Source: Promethearchaeota archaeon
GTDB taxonomy: Archaea > Asgardarchaeota > Lokiarchaeia > Sigyniarchaeales > SOKP01
Assembly (NCBI GenBank): GCA_029838195.1
Contig: JALGVJ010000009.1
Coordinates: forward strand, 50,661-114,660
Direction of reading: 5' to 3'
Length of the DNA stretch: 64,000 nucleotides
Shown piece by piece: positions 1-9,112 of the stretch (its first letter is position 1; each line of letters starts with the position of its first letter). The notes beneath the pieces were generated by a model. The model made no database searches. It was not told the origin of the DNA and saw only the letters and a list, made by a program, of their open reading frames with translations. The position numbers and the translations under genes are program-made.

Positions 1-1508
1 GTGAAAAGACGTTGTGGGGCAAGGGTTGCTGGGAAACGGAAGAAATTCTAAGACACGAATTCCAAGATCAACGATTAGCAGTAATGTCAATCGGTCCAGC
101 AGGAGAAAGAATGAGTAGAATTGCATGCATCACGAATGATAGAAACCGACAAGCGGGTCGCACGGGCATGGGCGCTGTCATGGGCTCTAAAAACTTAAAA
201 GCGATATGTTTTAGAGGAACTAAAGGTGTTCAAGTAGCTCATCCCGCCGAATTTTACAAATTGGCGAAGAAATTAATTAAAGTGGCGAATGGTCCTGCTA
301 CTGCTAAATATCGTGATCAAGGTACTCCTGCGGGTTTGACGAGTTATAATAAATTAGGGATGATGCCCATTTTCAATCATCGAGAAGGTACGTGGGAAAA
401 GATCACGGAAGGACCCATTACAGGCGAGATTTTGAATGAAGAATGGGTGGTGAAAAAAGTAGCCTGTTCTCAATGTAGCATAGCATGTGATCATCTTGCC
501 CGCGTTCCTAAGAGCCATCCTGATTACCCTAATTTAATAGCAAGCGTGGATATTGAGTTAGTCTATGGCTTTGGTACGGCTTGTGGAAATTGGGATTGGC
601 CGACTATCTTCAAGTGCATTACATTATGCGATAATTTAGGCATTGATGCGATTTCCGGAGGAGTCACCGCTGCCATGGCGTGTGATTTGTATGAAGAAGG
701 CATTATAACAAAAGAGGATTTAGGATATGAGTTGCCCTTTGGTTCCACGCACAATCTCGTACGGTTCACGGAGGAGATGATCATGGGCAAGGGTTTTGCG
801 GGTAAGATTTTTGGTGATGGAACGAAAATGGCGGGTGTTCGATTAGAAGAAATGGGCCGTAAAAATGCAAGTTATCATGCCATGCAAATCAAGGGCTTAG
901 AAATGCCCGCATTTGACATCCATGGCATGACATCTTTTGCAGTGGGAGAAAGTGTTGCAGTTAGAGGAGCGTGCCATTTGAGAAATGGTGCTTATGGACT
1001 GGATGCAAAAGGAACCTTTGATCGATTTTCCTATGATAAACCGCTTGAGAGAGGAAAAGCAATCATGGATATTGAAAATATCTATGCTATTATTGATTCC
1101 TATATCATTTGTAAATTTACTCGTGGAATCTATGAAAACGATGCGGAGATGGCAAAAGTATATGAATTGGTCACTGGCATTCCTGTCACGGACGAATTTA
1201 TTATAAAAAGAGGAGCAGCAATTGTCAACCTTTCGAAATGCTTTAACATTCGAGAAGGATGGACGAGAGCCGATGATCATCCACCTCAACGATTCTTCAA
1301 GGAAGCTCACACGAAAGGACCGGCTAAAGGATTTACCCTGGATGAAAAAGGTTTTCAGACCCTTTTGAGCGGGTATTATGAAGCTCGCGGATGGGATCCG
1401 GAGACGGGCATTCCAAAGGAAGAAACTCTAAGAGATCTAGGATTAGATTTTGTAATTGGAAAATTAGAACCAAAAGCAGCAAAACCTAAAAAAGGAGGAA
1501 AGAAATAA
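1..1508 (+). CDS. aor: Tungsten-containing aldehyde:ferredoxin oxidoreductase (AOR family), 5'-truncated by the window edge
   Basis: SIGPAGE, AGRTGMGAVMGSKNLKAI, CSQCSIAC, DxISxG, RGACH and YYEARGWD motifs. The frame is open to the window start. Lys-rich C-tail. Confidence 0.93.
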   Translation, partial: EKTLWGKGCWETEEILRHEFQDQRLAVMSIGPAGERMSRIACITNDRNRQAGRTGMGAVMGSKNLKAICFRGTKGVQVAHPAEFYKLAKKLIKVANGPATAKYRDQGTPAGLTSYNKLGMMPIFNHREGTWEKITEGPITGEILNEEWVVKKVACSQCSIACDHLARVPKSHPDYPNLIASVDIELVYGFGTACGNWDWPTIFKCITLCDNLGIDAISGGVTAAMACDLYEEGIITKEDLGYELPFGSTHNLVRFTEEMIMGKGFAGKIFGDGTKMAGVRLEEMGRKNASYHAMQIKGLEMPAFDIHGMTSFAVGESVAVRGACHLRNGAYGLDAKGTFDRFSYDKPLERGKAIMDIENIYAIIDSYIICKFTRGIYENDAEMAKVYELVTGIPVTDEFIIKRGAAIVNLSKCFNIREGWTRADDHPPQRFFKEAHTKGPAKGFTLDEKGFQTLLSGYYEARGWDPETGIPKEETLRDLGLDFVIGKLEPKAAKPKKGGKK

Positions 1509-2078
1509 ATGTCAGCTTCAACAAAAAAGTCCGTGGTAAAACGCAGGGGAGGAAAAATGCATCAATTCATTTGCGTGGATGCCAATCTCTGCACGGGTTG
1601 CGAAACTTGCGAATCGGTATGCTCTTTTGTACACGATGGGGAATTTAATCCCATAAATACACGCATTCATAGAGTTCGCATTGAACCCGTTTTGAACATA
1701 GCACTTGCTTGTCAAAAATGTGAAGATGCTCCCTGCGTTCGTTCTTGTCCTGAAAAGGCACTGGAGAAAGATGAAGAAACGGGATCCATTATAGTAATAG
1801 AAGACAAGTGCAATGGTTGTGCCTTTTGCGTGAGAGCTTGCGATTTTGGCGTGATTTCTTTACACATAGATTCCCAAAAAGCGTTGGTATGCGATCTCTG
1901 TGAAAACATGAAAGAAGAATTCATCGACCCCGAAAAAGGGGTGCCGGAGCCTCAATGCATTGAAGTATGTCCAAAAGAAGCCATTTCATTAAAGAACGTG
2001 GAGCAAATTGGAGAAGAAACCCGTTTCGATGCTGTAAAAAGACTGTTTGCTGACATTATTGCGGATTATGAAAGCTAA
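1509..2078 (+). CDS. 4Fe-4S dicluster/polyferredoxin subunit (DmsB/HydN-like), probable AOR partner
   Basis: Four Cys clusters (CTGCETCESVC, CQKCEDAPCVRSCP, CNGCAFCVRAC, CDLC...CIEVCP); abuts the aor stop codon. Confidence 0.9.
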   Translation: MSASTKKSVVKRRGGKMHQFICVDANLCTGCETCESVCSFVHDGEFNPINTRIHRVRIEPVLNIALACQKCEDAPCVRSCPEKALEKDEETGSIIVIEDKCNGCAFCVRACDFGVISLHIDSQKALVCDLCENMKEEFIDPEKGVPEPQCIEVCPKEAISLKNVEQIGEETRFDAVKRLFADIIADYES

Positions 2079-2568
2079 CTTCAGACCCCATCCTTATTTT
2101 ATTCTTTTTTTTCCTTAATTTCGGATTCTGAAATGGGAAAATGAGGTTTTTTAAGAAGCTTTTTTGAATTGAAAAATTTGATGTCATGCTAGCATTTTTA
2201 ATAAATAAACAAACGAGAAAAAATTCATGAAATTTCCTCAACAATATCATTTAATTTTTCTAATGACCCTTTCTTTTTTCAATCATTAAAGAGAGCTCAA
2301 ATCCGAACAATAGAATATCAACACGAGACTAAGTTAAAGCTCTCTTTCTTAAAAGGGATTGACCACCAATTGAACGCTCCAACCATTACAAAACCCATTT
2401 TGGATGAAAACTTTATCCCTTTTATCCCCATTTTTTACTTCATTCTACTTCAACAACTATCAGTTTTAGAACACCAACCTCCGCTTCATTGTCAAAAACA
2501 GCAAAAAAAATTTTAAAAGAAAAAAATGAATAGATTGTAAATCCCTCATCCAACCGAAATGAATTATT

Positions 2569-2630
2569 TATTCCATGATAAAAGGTCTATTACATCATCT
2601 ATTCCATGATAAAAGGTCTATTACATCATC
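2569..2630. repeat. Perfect 31-bp tandem duplication (TATTCCATGATAAAAGGTCTATTACATCATC x2)
   Basis: Units at 2569-2599 and 2600-2630 are identical. Confidence 0.95.
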
Positions 2631-2676
2631 GTTCTAAAAATTCTTCAAAAATTATCATTGAAATTTTTAATATAGC

Positions 2677-3204
2677 TCAACTCCGGTTTTTCTTAAACAC
2701 CTTTCTCAGCCAACTTAAAAAACCCGTTCTGTTGGTTTGAAACGTGTTTAGAAATTTTAACGTTTTCGTATTATTCGGACACCCTTCACATTCCTCGTGC
2801 CCCCCGCAGTTCTTCCGTGCCAAATTCATATCGAGCAAGACTTGCTTGAAATCATCAAATTGCGAAACCTCCCCATCAAACGCCTCCAAGGTTGAATCAT
2901 ATTTGCTCGTAAAAATCCCCGCAATCCTTCGAATTTTAAAATTAATATCACTCGGATCTTCCCCGCCATCCGAAATGAACACGTGAAGCAAATCAGGCCT
3001 CCTCTCATCCCTGTAAAAATAAAAATTATACTCCTCAAGATTAATCGATTTAATCGTAGACCCGGTTAACTCCTTCGAAAAATTTTGTAAAGCACATAAA
3101 AACCCTGTCAATAACTCCTCATTCGACCCTAATGAATGACACTCACCAAAATGTAATTTTATCAAGGGAACCCCATCCTTGATGATGAATATATTCCGAA
3201 TCAT
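2677..3204 (-). CDS. Longin/roadblock-like domain protein with C-terminal Cys motif and amphipathic tail
   Basis: MIRNIFIIKDGVPL...LLTGFLCALQNFSKEL...IKSI pattern typical of Asgard longin-like domains; CGGHEECEGCP; GFLSWLRKVF tail. Confidence 0.7.
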   Translation of the reverse strand: MIRNIFIIKDGVPLIKLHFGECHSLGSNEELLTGFLCALQNFSKELTGSTIKSINLEEYNFYFYRDERRPDLLHVFISDGGEDPSDINFKIRRIAGIFTSKYDSTLEAFDGEVSQFDDFKQVLLDMNLARKNCGGHEECEGCPNNTKTLKFLNTFQTNRTGFLSWLRKVFKKNRS

Positions 3205-3798
3205 GACTTAAGCATTTTAAAATTCATTCTATAAGAAAATTCATATCCCTTAATTTTTAAATCTTATTTTCATGAAATATAATCCACTCTCATCCGTTCC
3301 TCCCATCCCTTGCGCACACCACCTCTCTCACCAAAAAACCAAGTAAAGATTCCCTCTCTGTAATACACTCATCCAAATTTTATTCTATACACGTCTTCCC
3401 TATCGATGATTTCTATTTATTAAAATTCTTTCTAACCCTAATAAACCATATCTTTTACCAGCCCCCATTATCCTTGTAAATACGACACTCGCTTCCCTCC
3501 ACGTGATTTCTAAATTAACCCCCCCAATTTATCACCCGCCTAATTTCAAATCTTAGGTCTATCCTTTCTTCCCTCATCTCCCCCCTCCAGCCAACACCCT
3601 CTCAGCATGACATTATCTTCCTCTTCAAACCATTGGTGTTTCCCAATTTGACAAAAAAATTAAGAAAAATTAAATATCCTAAAATAAAATCCTATAAGAA
3701 TTAATATTAAATTAAATTGTTAATTGTTTAAATTATATAATACGTTTTAATAACACATGAATTAAAGATCCTATATATTAGGAGGTATCAAGATAAAA

Positions 3799-3806
3799 AA
3801 GGTGAG
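3799..3806 (+). promoter_or_regulatory. Shine-Dalgarno site for the hdrA TTG start
   Basis: AAGGTGAG, with AGGTGA ending 6 nt before TTG at 3812; complementary to the archaeal 16S 3' end. Confidence 0.65.
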
Positions 3807-3811
3807 AAAAT

Positions 3812-5773
3812 TTGTCTGATAATCAGACCACGGGTAAACCTACGGTGGGAGTTTTCGTATGCCGCTGAGGGATTAACATCGCTGGGATCTTAGATGTTCC
3901 ACGCATGGTTATAGAATTAAACAAGTTAGAAGGCGTGAAAGCGTTCGAATATATTAGCATGTGTACGGAGGGAGGCGCTACCTATATTAAGGAGCAGATA
4001 GCTGAGAGCAAGCTCGAGCGCATCGTCGTGGCGGCTTGCACGCCCCGCACCCATCAACCAGTCTTTCATGCTATTTTAAAGGAAGCTGGTTTGCCACCTC
4101 GATATTTGGAGTTCGTTAACATACGAGAGCATTGTAGTTTTGTCCATCAAGCACTTGAAATTCGAGAGAAGGCATTTAATAAAGCCTTGGAATTAATTAA
4201 AGCGGGGATTGCTCGAGCCCGATTTTTAGAGGATGTTCCCACGAAGACGGTCAAGGTGAATCAAGCAGCTTTAGTGGTTGGGGGAGGCATTGCGGGCTTA
4301 TCGGCTGCCATTGACTTGGGGGATGCAGGATTTAAGGTGTATTTGGTGGAGAAGAATACGACGATCGGTGGGAGAATGTCTCAGCTCGACCGCACCTTTC
4401 CGACCGATGATTGTAGCATATGAATATTAGGCCCGAAGATGCTCGAGGCGAATCGCCATCCCAACATAGAAATCTTAAGCTATTCAGAAGTCATTGAAGT
4501 AAATGGATATATTGGAAATTTTAATGTTAAGATAAAGCGTAAATCTCGCTACGTGGATGAGACAAAATGCACAGGTTGTGGAAGCTGTACGGATGCATGT
4601 CCCATTTACGTGCCCAATTACTTTGATGAGTATCTTTCGGCCCGTAAAGTGATTGATATTGCTTTTGCTCAAGCAGTACCAGCGGTTAGAAACATTGAGC
4701 GTCATTCGTGCGTGGAATGCTTCGCATGTGTGGATGCTTGTGAGCAATCTGCAATAGATTTTAGCATTCAAGACAAGATCATGGAGGTAGAAGTTGGAAC
4801 CATCATTATAGCAACAGGTTGGGACTTATACGAAGGAGAAGATTATGGATATGGCATTTATGATAACGTCATTAATCAAATTCAATTGGAGCGAATCTTG
4901 GCACCTAATGGACCCACATTGGGCCATTTAAAGCGTCCTTCTGATGGAAAAAGGCCGAAGCGTATCTTGTTTATCAATTGCGTGGGCTCACGAGATATCA
5001 ATAAAAACCCTTGGTGCAGCGTGGTGTGTTGTAATTTATCCTTGAAGAATTCCAAGCTCATCAAGTCAGAGCATCCCGATTCGGAAATCGTGTGTGTTTA
5101 CATAGACATGCGTTGTGCCGGAAAAGATTATGAGGAGTATTACCGGCGATCTCGCGATGCGGGTATTATTTTCGTAAAGGGTATCGTGGGTAAAATTGAG
5201 GAAGATCCAGAAACAAAGAACTTGCGCGTTTGGTTTGAGCCGGTTGGAGCAGATACGGTGATAAGCAAGGAATTTGACATGGTGGTACTATCCTCATCAT
5301 CGTTGCCCTCGAAGGGAACGAGGGAAATAGCAGAAGTACTTAACATGGAGCGGAGTCCTGACGGATTTTTAAAAGAATATCATGCACGATTAGACCCGAT
5401 AAGTACTAAAGTATATGGCATTTATATTTGCGGCTCATCTCAAGGACAGAAGGAAATCGATAAAGCAGTGAGTCAAGCAAAGGGAGCCGCCTCTAGTGCG
5501 GCAATTCCCATGAAAAAGGGAGAGTTTACCATTGAATTAATTCGAGCTACACCGTCAGATGAGCGATGTGCAAAATGCTATAAATGCATAGAGATCTGTC
5601 CATTTAGTGCAATCTCTGTGAATGAAACTGGAAATCTAGTAGTTGATTTAATTGCGTGCCGAGGATGCGGAACTTGCGCAGCTATTTGTCCTTCGAAAGC
5701 GATTGATTTAATTTATTATCGAGATCTACAATACATGAATTTGATAGATGAATTACTTCCCATGGAAGATTAA
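3812..5773 (+). CDS. hdrA: Heterodisulfide reductase subunit A (FAD/FeS), selenoprotein with two Sec (UGA 3866-3868 = U19; UGA 4421-4423 = U204), 653 aa
   Basis: One continuous frame from TTG 3812: MSDNQTTGKPTVGVFVCR-U-GINIAG (HdrA C-x-C-G-x-N-I-A motif), VAACTPRTH, VNIREHCS, GGGIAG, TFPTDDCSI-U-ILGPKM (C-S-x-C motif), CVGSRD, ferredoxin motifs. Joins ORF-track pieces 3905-4423 and 4439-5773; ends in TAA. Confidence 0.95.
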
Positions 5774-5786
5774 AGAGGTTAAAAAA

Positions 5787-6233
5787 ATGTCGGAAATGGA
5801 TGATATTAAGATTTTGGCTTTCCTCTGTTGGAAATGAGGATATGGGTCGGCAGACATGGCAGGAACCATTCGTGCGCAATATCCCACGTCGATTCGGCCT
5901 GTTTTAGTTCCATGTACGGGTAGGGTAGGAGCAGACGATGTCATGCGGGCGTTTGGAAGAGGAGCAGATGGCGTGATGATTGTAGGATGATATCCTCATG
6001 AATGTGACTATGAAATCGGGAATTTTTTCGCTTATCGTCAGGTGGAATATTTAAAAGAAGTAATGAGGGCTGTTGGACTTAGTGAAGAGAGGCTCATGAT
6101 GGGCTTCTGTTCGGCAGCAGAAGGAGAGAAGTTTCAGAGAACGGCCACGGAATTTGACAAGCGAATTAGAGAATTAGGGCCGAGTCCGTTGAGAACAAAA
6201 AGCGGCACCTCCAAAAAAAAAGCAAAAGTATAA
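5787..6233 (+). CDS. mvhD: Hydrogenase iron-sulfur subunit MvhD/VhuD/FlpD, selenoprotein with two Sec (UGA 5835-5837 = U17; UGA 5988-5990 = U68), 148 aa
   Basis: ATG 5787 with GAGGT SD. Reads MSEMDDIKILAFLCWK-U-GYGSADMAG...VPCTGRV...GADGVMIVG-U-YPHECDYEIGN...SAAEGEKF...LGPSPL; both UGAs are at conserved Cys of MvhD (CxWC and GCxxxxC). The ORF track shows only 6042-6233. Confidence 0.95.
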
Positions 6234-6237
6234 AAAA

Positions 6238-6307
6238 CGTGTTAGCTGATGATGCTGGGTTGGAAATATTAGAACCTAGTGGAGGAAATGGTTGCACCAT
6301 TAACACG
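6238..6307 (+). promoter_or_regulatory. Eukaryote-like SECIS element in the 3' UTR of hdrA-mvhD
   Basis: Helix I CGTGTTA(6238-6244)/TAACACG(6301-6307); core ATGAT(6249-6253)/GGAG(6281-6284) giving tandem G.A pairs; helix II GCTGGGTT(6254-6261)/AACCTAGT(6273-6280); apical loop GGAAATATTAG containing AAA; begins 5 nt after the mvhD stop. Confidence 0.85.
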
Positions 6308-6463
6308 CCTTTAATCATTAAAAAAATATAAAGATTTAAGACACGTATTAGAAAAAATAAAGAGAGAACAACTTGAAGTTTTAAAACAAATTAAATAGAA
6401 ATTTTAAAAAAAAATAACTTGTTCCATTTAATAATTAAAAATAACTATTCAAGTGGGAAATAC

Positions 6464-7603
6464 ATGGATGCAATTGCTGAATATCTGATCAAGATAAAGG
6501 ATTTTCAAGAATTATTATCTACTCTTTTAGAGCAGAAAGTAGTAGATAAGGTACTTGGCGCAAAATTGAAGGTTGATAAAAAATCGGGGGGAATTAACCG
6601 TTTTACGGTCGTACCAGAAGCGGTTTCTGATCCCAATGGAGTGTCAGGTTTTCCCTTGACGGCGCTTTTAGCCTATGGATATGCCCGAACGGATTCTGCG
6701 GCAAAGTACGTGCACAAATCACTTCAAGGAGCGAAGGAAGAAAAAATAGGTATTATTGCGAGACCCTGTGATACGCGGGCGCTCATTGAATTGGCTAAAT
6801 TAAAACAAGTAAATTTGGAAAACATTTTCATCATTGCATTTGAAGACAGGGGCACGGTTCCGAAGGCTTCCAGAGAGATCAAGAAAATAAAGGATGTGGA
6901 TCCTTCGAAAATCGTAAAAGAGAAAGTAGAAGATGGTGGCCTCCTCGTTCAGTTAGAGGATGGTACTACTAAACTGTTGAATCTCACGATTGCGGAGAAT
7001 TGCTTGCGATGTTATCGGAAAAAACCGGTCATGGCAGATTTATCCATTAGCGATTTGGGAATTCCTATAGAATCCGATGAAATTATCTTAAAAGTATATT
7101 CTGAAAAAGGAAATGATGTGTTAGAAAAATCGGGAATACAGAAAAATCCAATTTCGGATCAAGTGAAAAATGCTCACGAAACTAAATATAAAGAAATCAT
7201 TGAAAAAGCACGGGAAAAGCGAGCAAAAGATTTGGAGGAATGGGCAAATCTTCCTCAAGAAAAAAAGATCGAACTCTTGAAAAAATGTACTGCTTGCGGA
7301 ACATGTATTCGTGGATGTCCTGTTTGTTATTGCGTGGATTGCATATTAATGAAGAAAAGAAAAGAAAAGTCAATCGATACTGTGAGTTATCAATTAACCC
7401 GCATAGCACATGATGCAGATCGATGCGTGGAATGTGGAAATTGTGATAATAATTGTCCAATGAACATTCCTCTTTCCTTATACTTTCAATCGTTAAATGA
7501 TGCCTTCAAGGAAAAGTTTGACTATGAACCCGGCATGTCTATAGAAGATATTCCTTTTCGATCCGGGATGGCAATAAAGAAAATGGAATTAGAAAAAGCA
7601 TGA
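6464..7603 (+). CDS. FrhB/FdhB (F420 dehydrogenase beta)-like / FlxB-like FeS protein
   Basis: IARPCDTRAL, NCLRC, ADLSI, CTACGTCIRGCPVCYCVDC, DRCVECGNCDNNCPMNIP. ATG 6464 preferred over TTG 6419. Confidence 0.8.
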   Translation: MDAIAEYLIKIKDFQELLSTLLEQKVVDKVLGAKLKVDKKSGGINRFTVVPEAVSDPNGVSGFPLTALLAYGYARTDSAAKYVHKSLQGAKEEKIGIIARPCDTRALIELAKLKQVNLENIFIIAFEDRGTVPKASREIKKIKDVDPSKIVKEKVEDGGLLVQLEDGTTKLLNLTIAENCLRCYRKKPVMADLSISDLGIPIESDEIILKVYSEKGNDVLEKSGIQKNPISDQVKNAHETKYKEIIEKAREKRAKDLEEWANLPQEKKIELLKKCTACGTCIRGCPVCYCVDCILMKKRKEKSIDTVSYQLTRIAHDADRCVECGNCDNNCPMNIPLSLYFQSLNDAFKEKFDYEPGMSIEDIPFRSGMAIKKMELEKA

Positions 7604-7694
7604 CGTTTTTTTTTAATTTTTTTTCATTCATGCGAAAAATTAAAATAGAAAGATTAAAATAAAATTAAATAAAACACAAGGCTAAATAAAAAAA

Positions 7695-8468
7695 ATGAGT
7701 CTTCCCTCAAAAAAAGCAATTCAAGTGGATGAAAATATCACGGATTATCAATATAAGATGCTAAACTTAGAAATGGTGCTCCGATACGACGATACCAAAT
7801 GCCTAGAATGTGGATTTTGCCACAGAGTCTGTCCCGTGACCACGCAAATAGTAGACGGAAAAGAAGTACCTTTGAAAAGAACTGCGATCGGCACGCCCGA
7901 GCAAATGAATATCAAATCTGATAAGAAGACCGTCGTGGATTTAGACAAATGCATTTGGTGTGGCTCTTGCACGTGGATCTGCCCAGGGTATACGCTAGAA
8001 TTATTCATTGATGGACAAAAAAAGTTATTATTGGTGGAGAATGGATCTCTTCCCGAATTTGAGGAAGAAATACGAGAATTAGAAGATGGCAGGAAAGTTA
8101 GGAAAGTGGTGGAAGGGAGTATTAAGATCACGTGCAATGAAACAGATGAAAAGATAATTGAAAATTTTGTCGACGAGTGTGCCGTGGGTGCCATGAGTAG
8201 AAAAGAAAAAGACATTGAAGTAGATATAAACAAGTGTATTTTATGTTTTAAATGCACAGAAGCTTCAAAGAATTATGAAAACATCAGCGTGGAAGTCCAT
8301 AGGGATCGCTTTAAACAGGTAAAGGGCGAACCGGGATCCGTATGGAATGGTATCATGTTGCGGGTATTAGGAAAAGAAGGTAAGATTAAGGGCATTATTA
8401 GTCGCACTCAAAATAAACTTGCGGATGCTGTAATGCGGCTATTAGGAAGAGAATTTATTGAAGAGTAA
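7695..8468 (+). CDS. Polyferredoxin (4Fe-4S binding protein)
   Basis: CLECGFCHRVCP, CIWCGSCTWICP, CILCFKC. Confidence 0.85.
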   Translation: MSLPSKKAIQVDENITDYQYKMLNLEMVLRYDDTKCLECGFCHRVCPVTTQIVDGKEVPLKRTAIGTPEQMNIKSDKKTVVDLDKCIWCGSCTWICPGYTLELFIDGQKKLLLVENGSLPEFEEEIRELEDGRKVRKVVEGSIKITCNETDEKIIENFVDECAVGAMSRKEKDIEVDINKCILCFKCTEASKNYENISVEVHRDRFKQVKGEPGSVWNGIMLRVLGKEGKIKGIISRTQNKLADAVMRLLGREFIEE

Positions 8469-8521
8469 AAAATTTCTACATTTTTTCATTCTTATTTTTT
8501 TATTTGAAATTTTAGAATGTC

Positions 8522-9112
8522 TTAACTTTTTACCCTGTTTCTATACAAGGTAGGGTCAATAGCTTTTAACATTTTGTCCACGTCTAGAGGGAGATTTAAA
8601 AATTCCATGATTCGTTTAATTTGAGGGATGGGGTCCTGAATCATATCGGAGTAATTTACTTTGAGAACCTCGATATTTTCATTTTCGTCCATCCATAGCT
8701 CAACGTTATTTAGTTCTTTATTGAAAATTTCGATCATCTCAGGAGGATAGCCATTTTCTTCTTCACCGAGCATTTTTTGTTGCGATCGCATTATTTCTTC
8801 CATGTTTCTGTTCATGAAGATGATTTTATAGTTAAATTCCATGGGGAGATGTTTTAATAAGTGAGATATGACTTTTACGACCTTTCCTCGTGCTTCTCTA
8901 ATGATGGAATTATCCTTATCCAATCTTTTTATGGCGTCTAATTCATAATATCCTTTGGGATTGCTGTGATCTGCTTGGCGTTTATGATCCGATAAGATTT
9001 CCAATCCACCAGCTTCTAGCACCTGCATCATCATACTTGTACCCGATCTGGGAAGACCTGAAACGATGATAATGGTATTCTCTAATATCTTATGCATGTT
9101 TTGGTCATTCAT
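8522..9112 (-). CDS. Sulfotransferase-family P-loop protein
   Basis: PAPS-binding loop IVSGLPRSGTSMMM; NPKGYYE; IFMxR. Confidence 0.85.
   Translation of the reverse strand: MNDQNMHKILENTIIIVSGLPRSGTSMMMQVLEAGGLEILSDHKRQADHSNPKGYYELDAIKRLDKDNSIIREARGKVVKVISHLLKHLPMEFNYKIIFMNRNMEEIMRSQQKMLGEEENGYPPEMIEIFNKELNNVELWMDENENIEVLKVNYSDMIQDPIPQIKRIMEFLNLPLDVDKMLKAIDPTLYRNRVKS

Noticed and set aside
2569-2630. CRISPR array
   Set aside because: Only two adjacent units, no spacer, no cas genes.
3905-6233. ORF-track pieces 3905-4423, 4439-5773 and 6042-6233 as separate genes or pseudogenes
   Set aside because: All breaks are in-frame UGA at conserved Cys positions with a SECIS downstream; Sec recoding explains them better.
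7601-7665. Sec readthrough of the UGA ending the FdhB-like gene
   Set aside because: The UGA is not in a Cys motif and the downstream sequence is a T-rich terminator-like tract.
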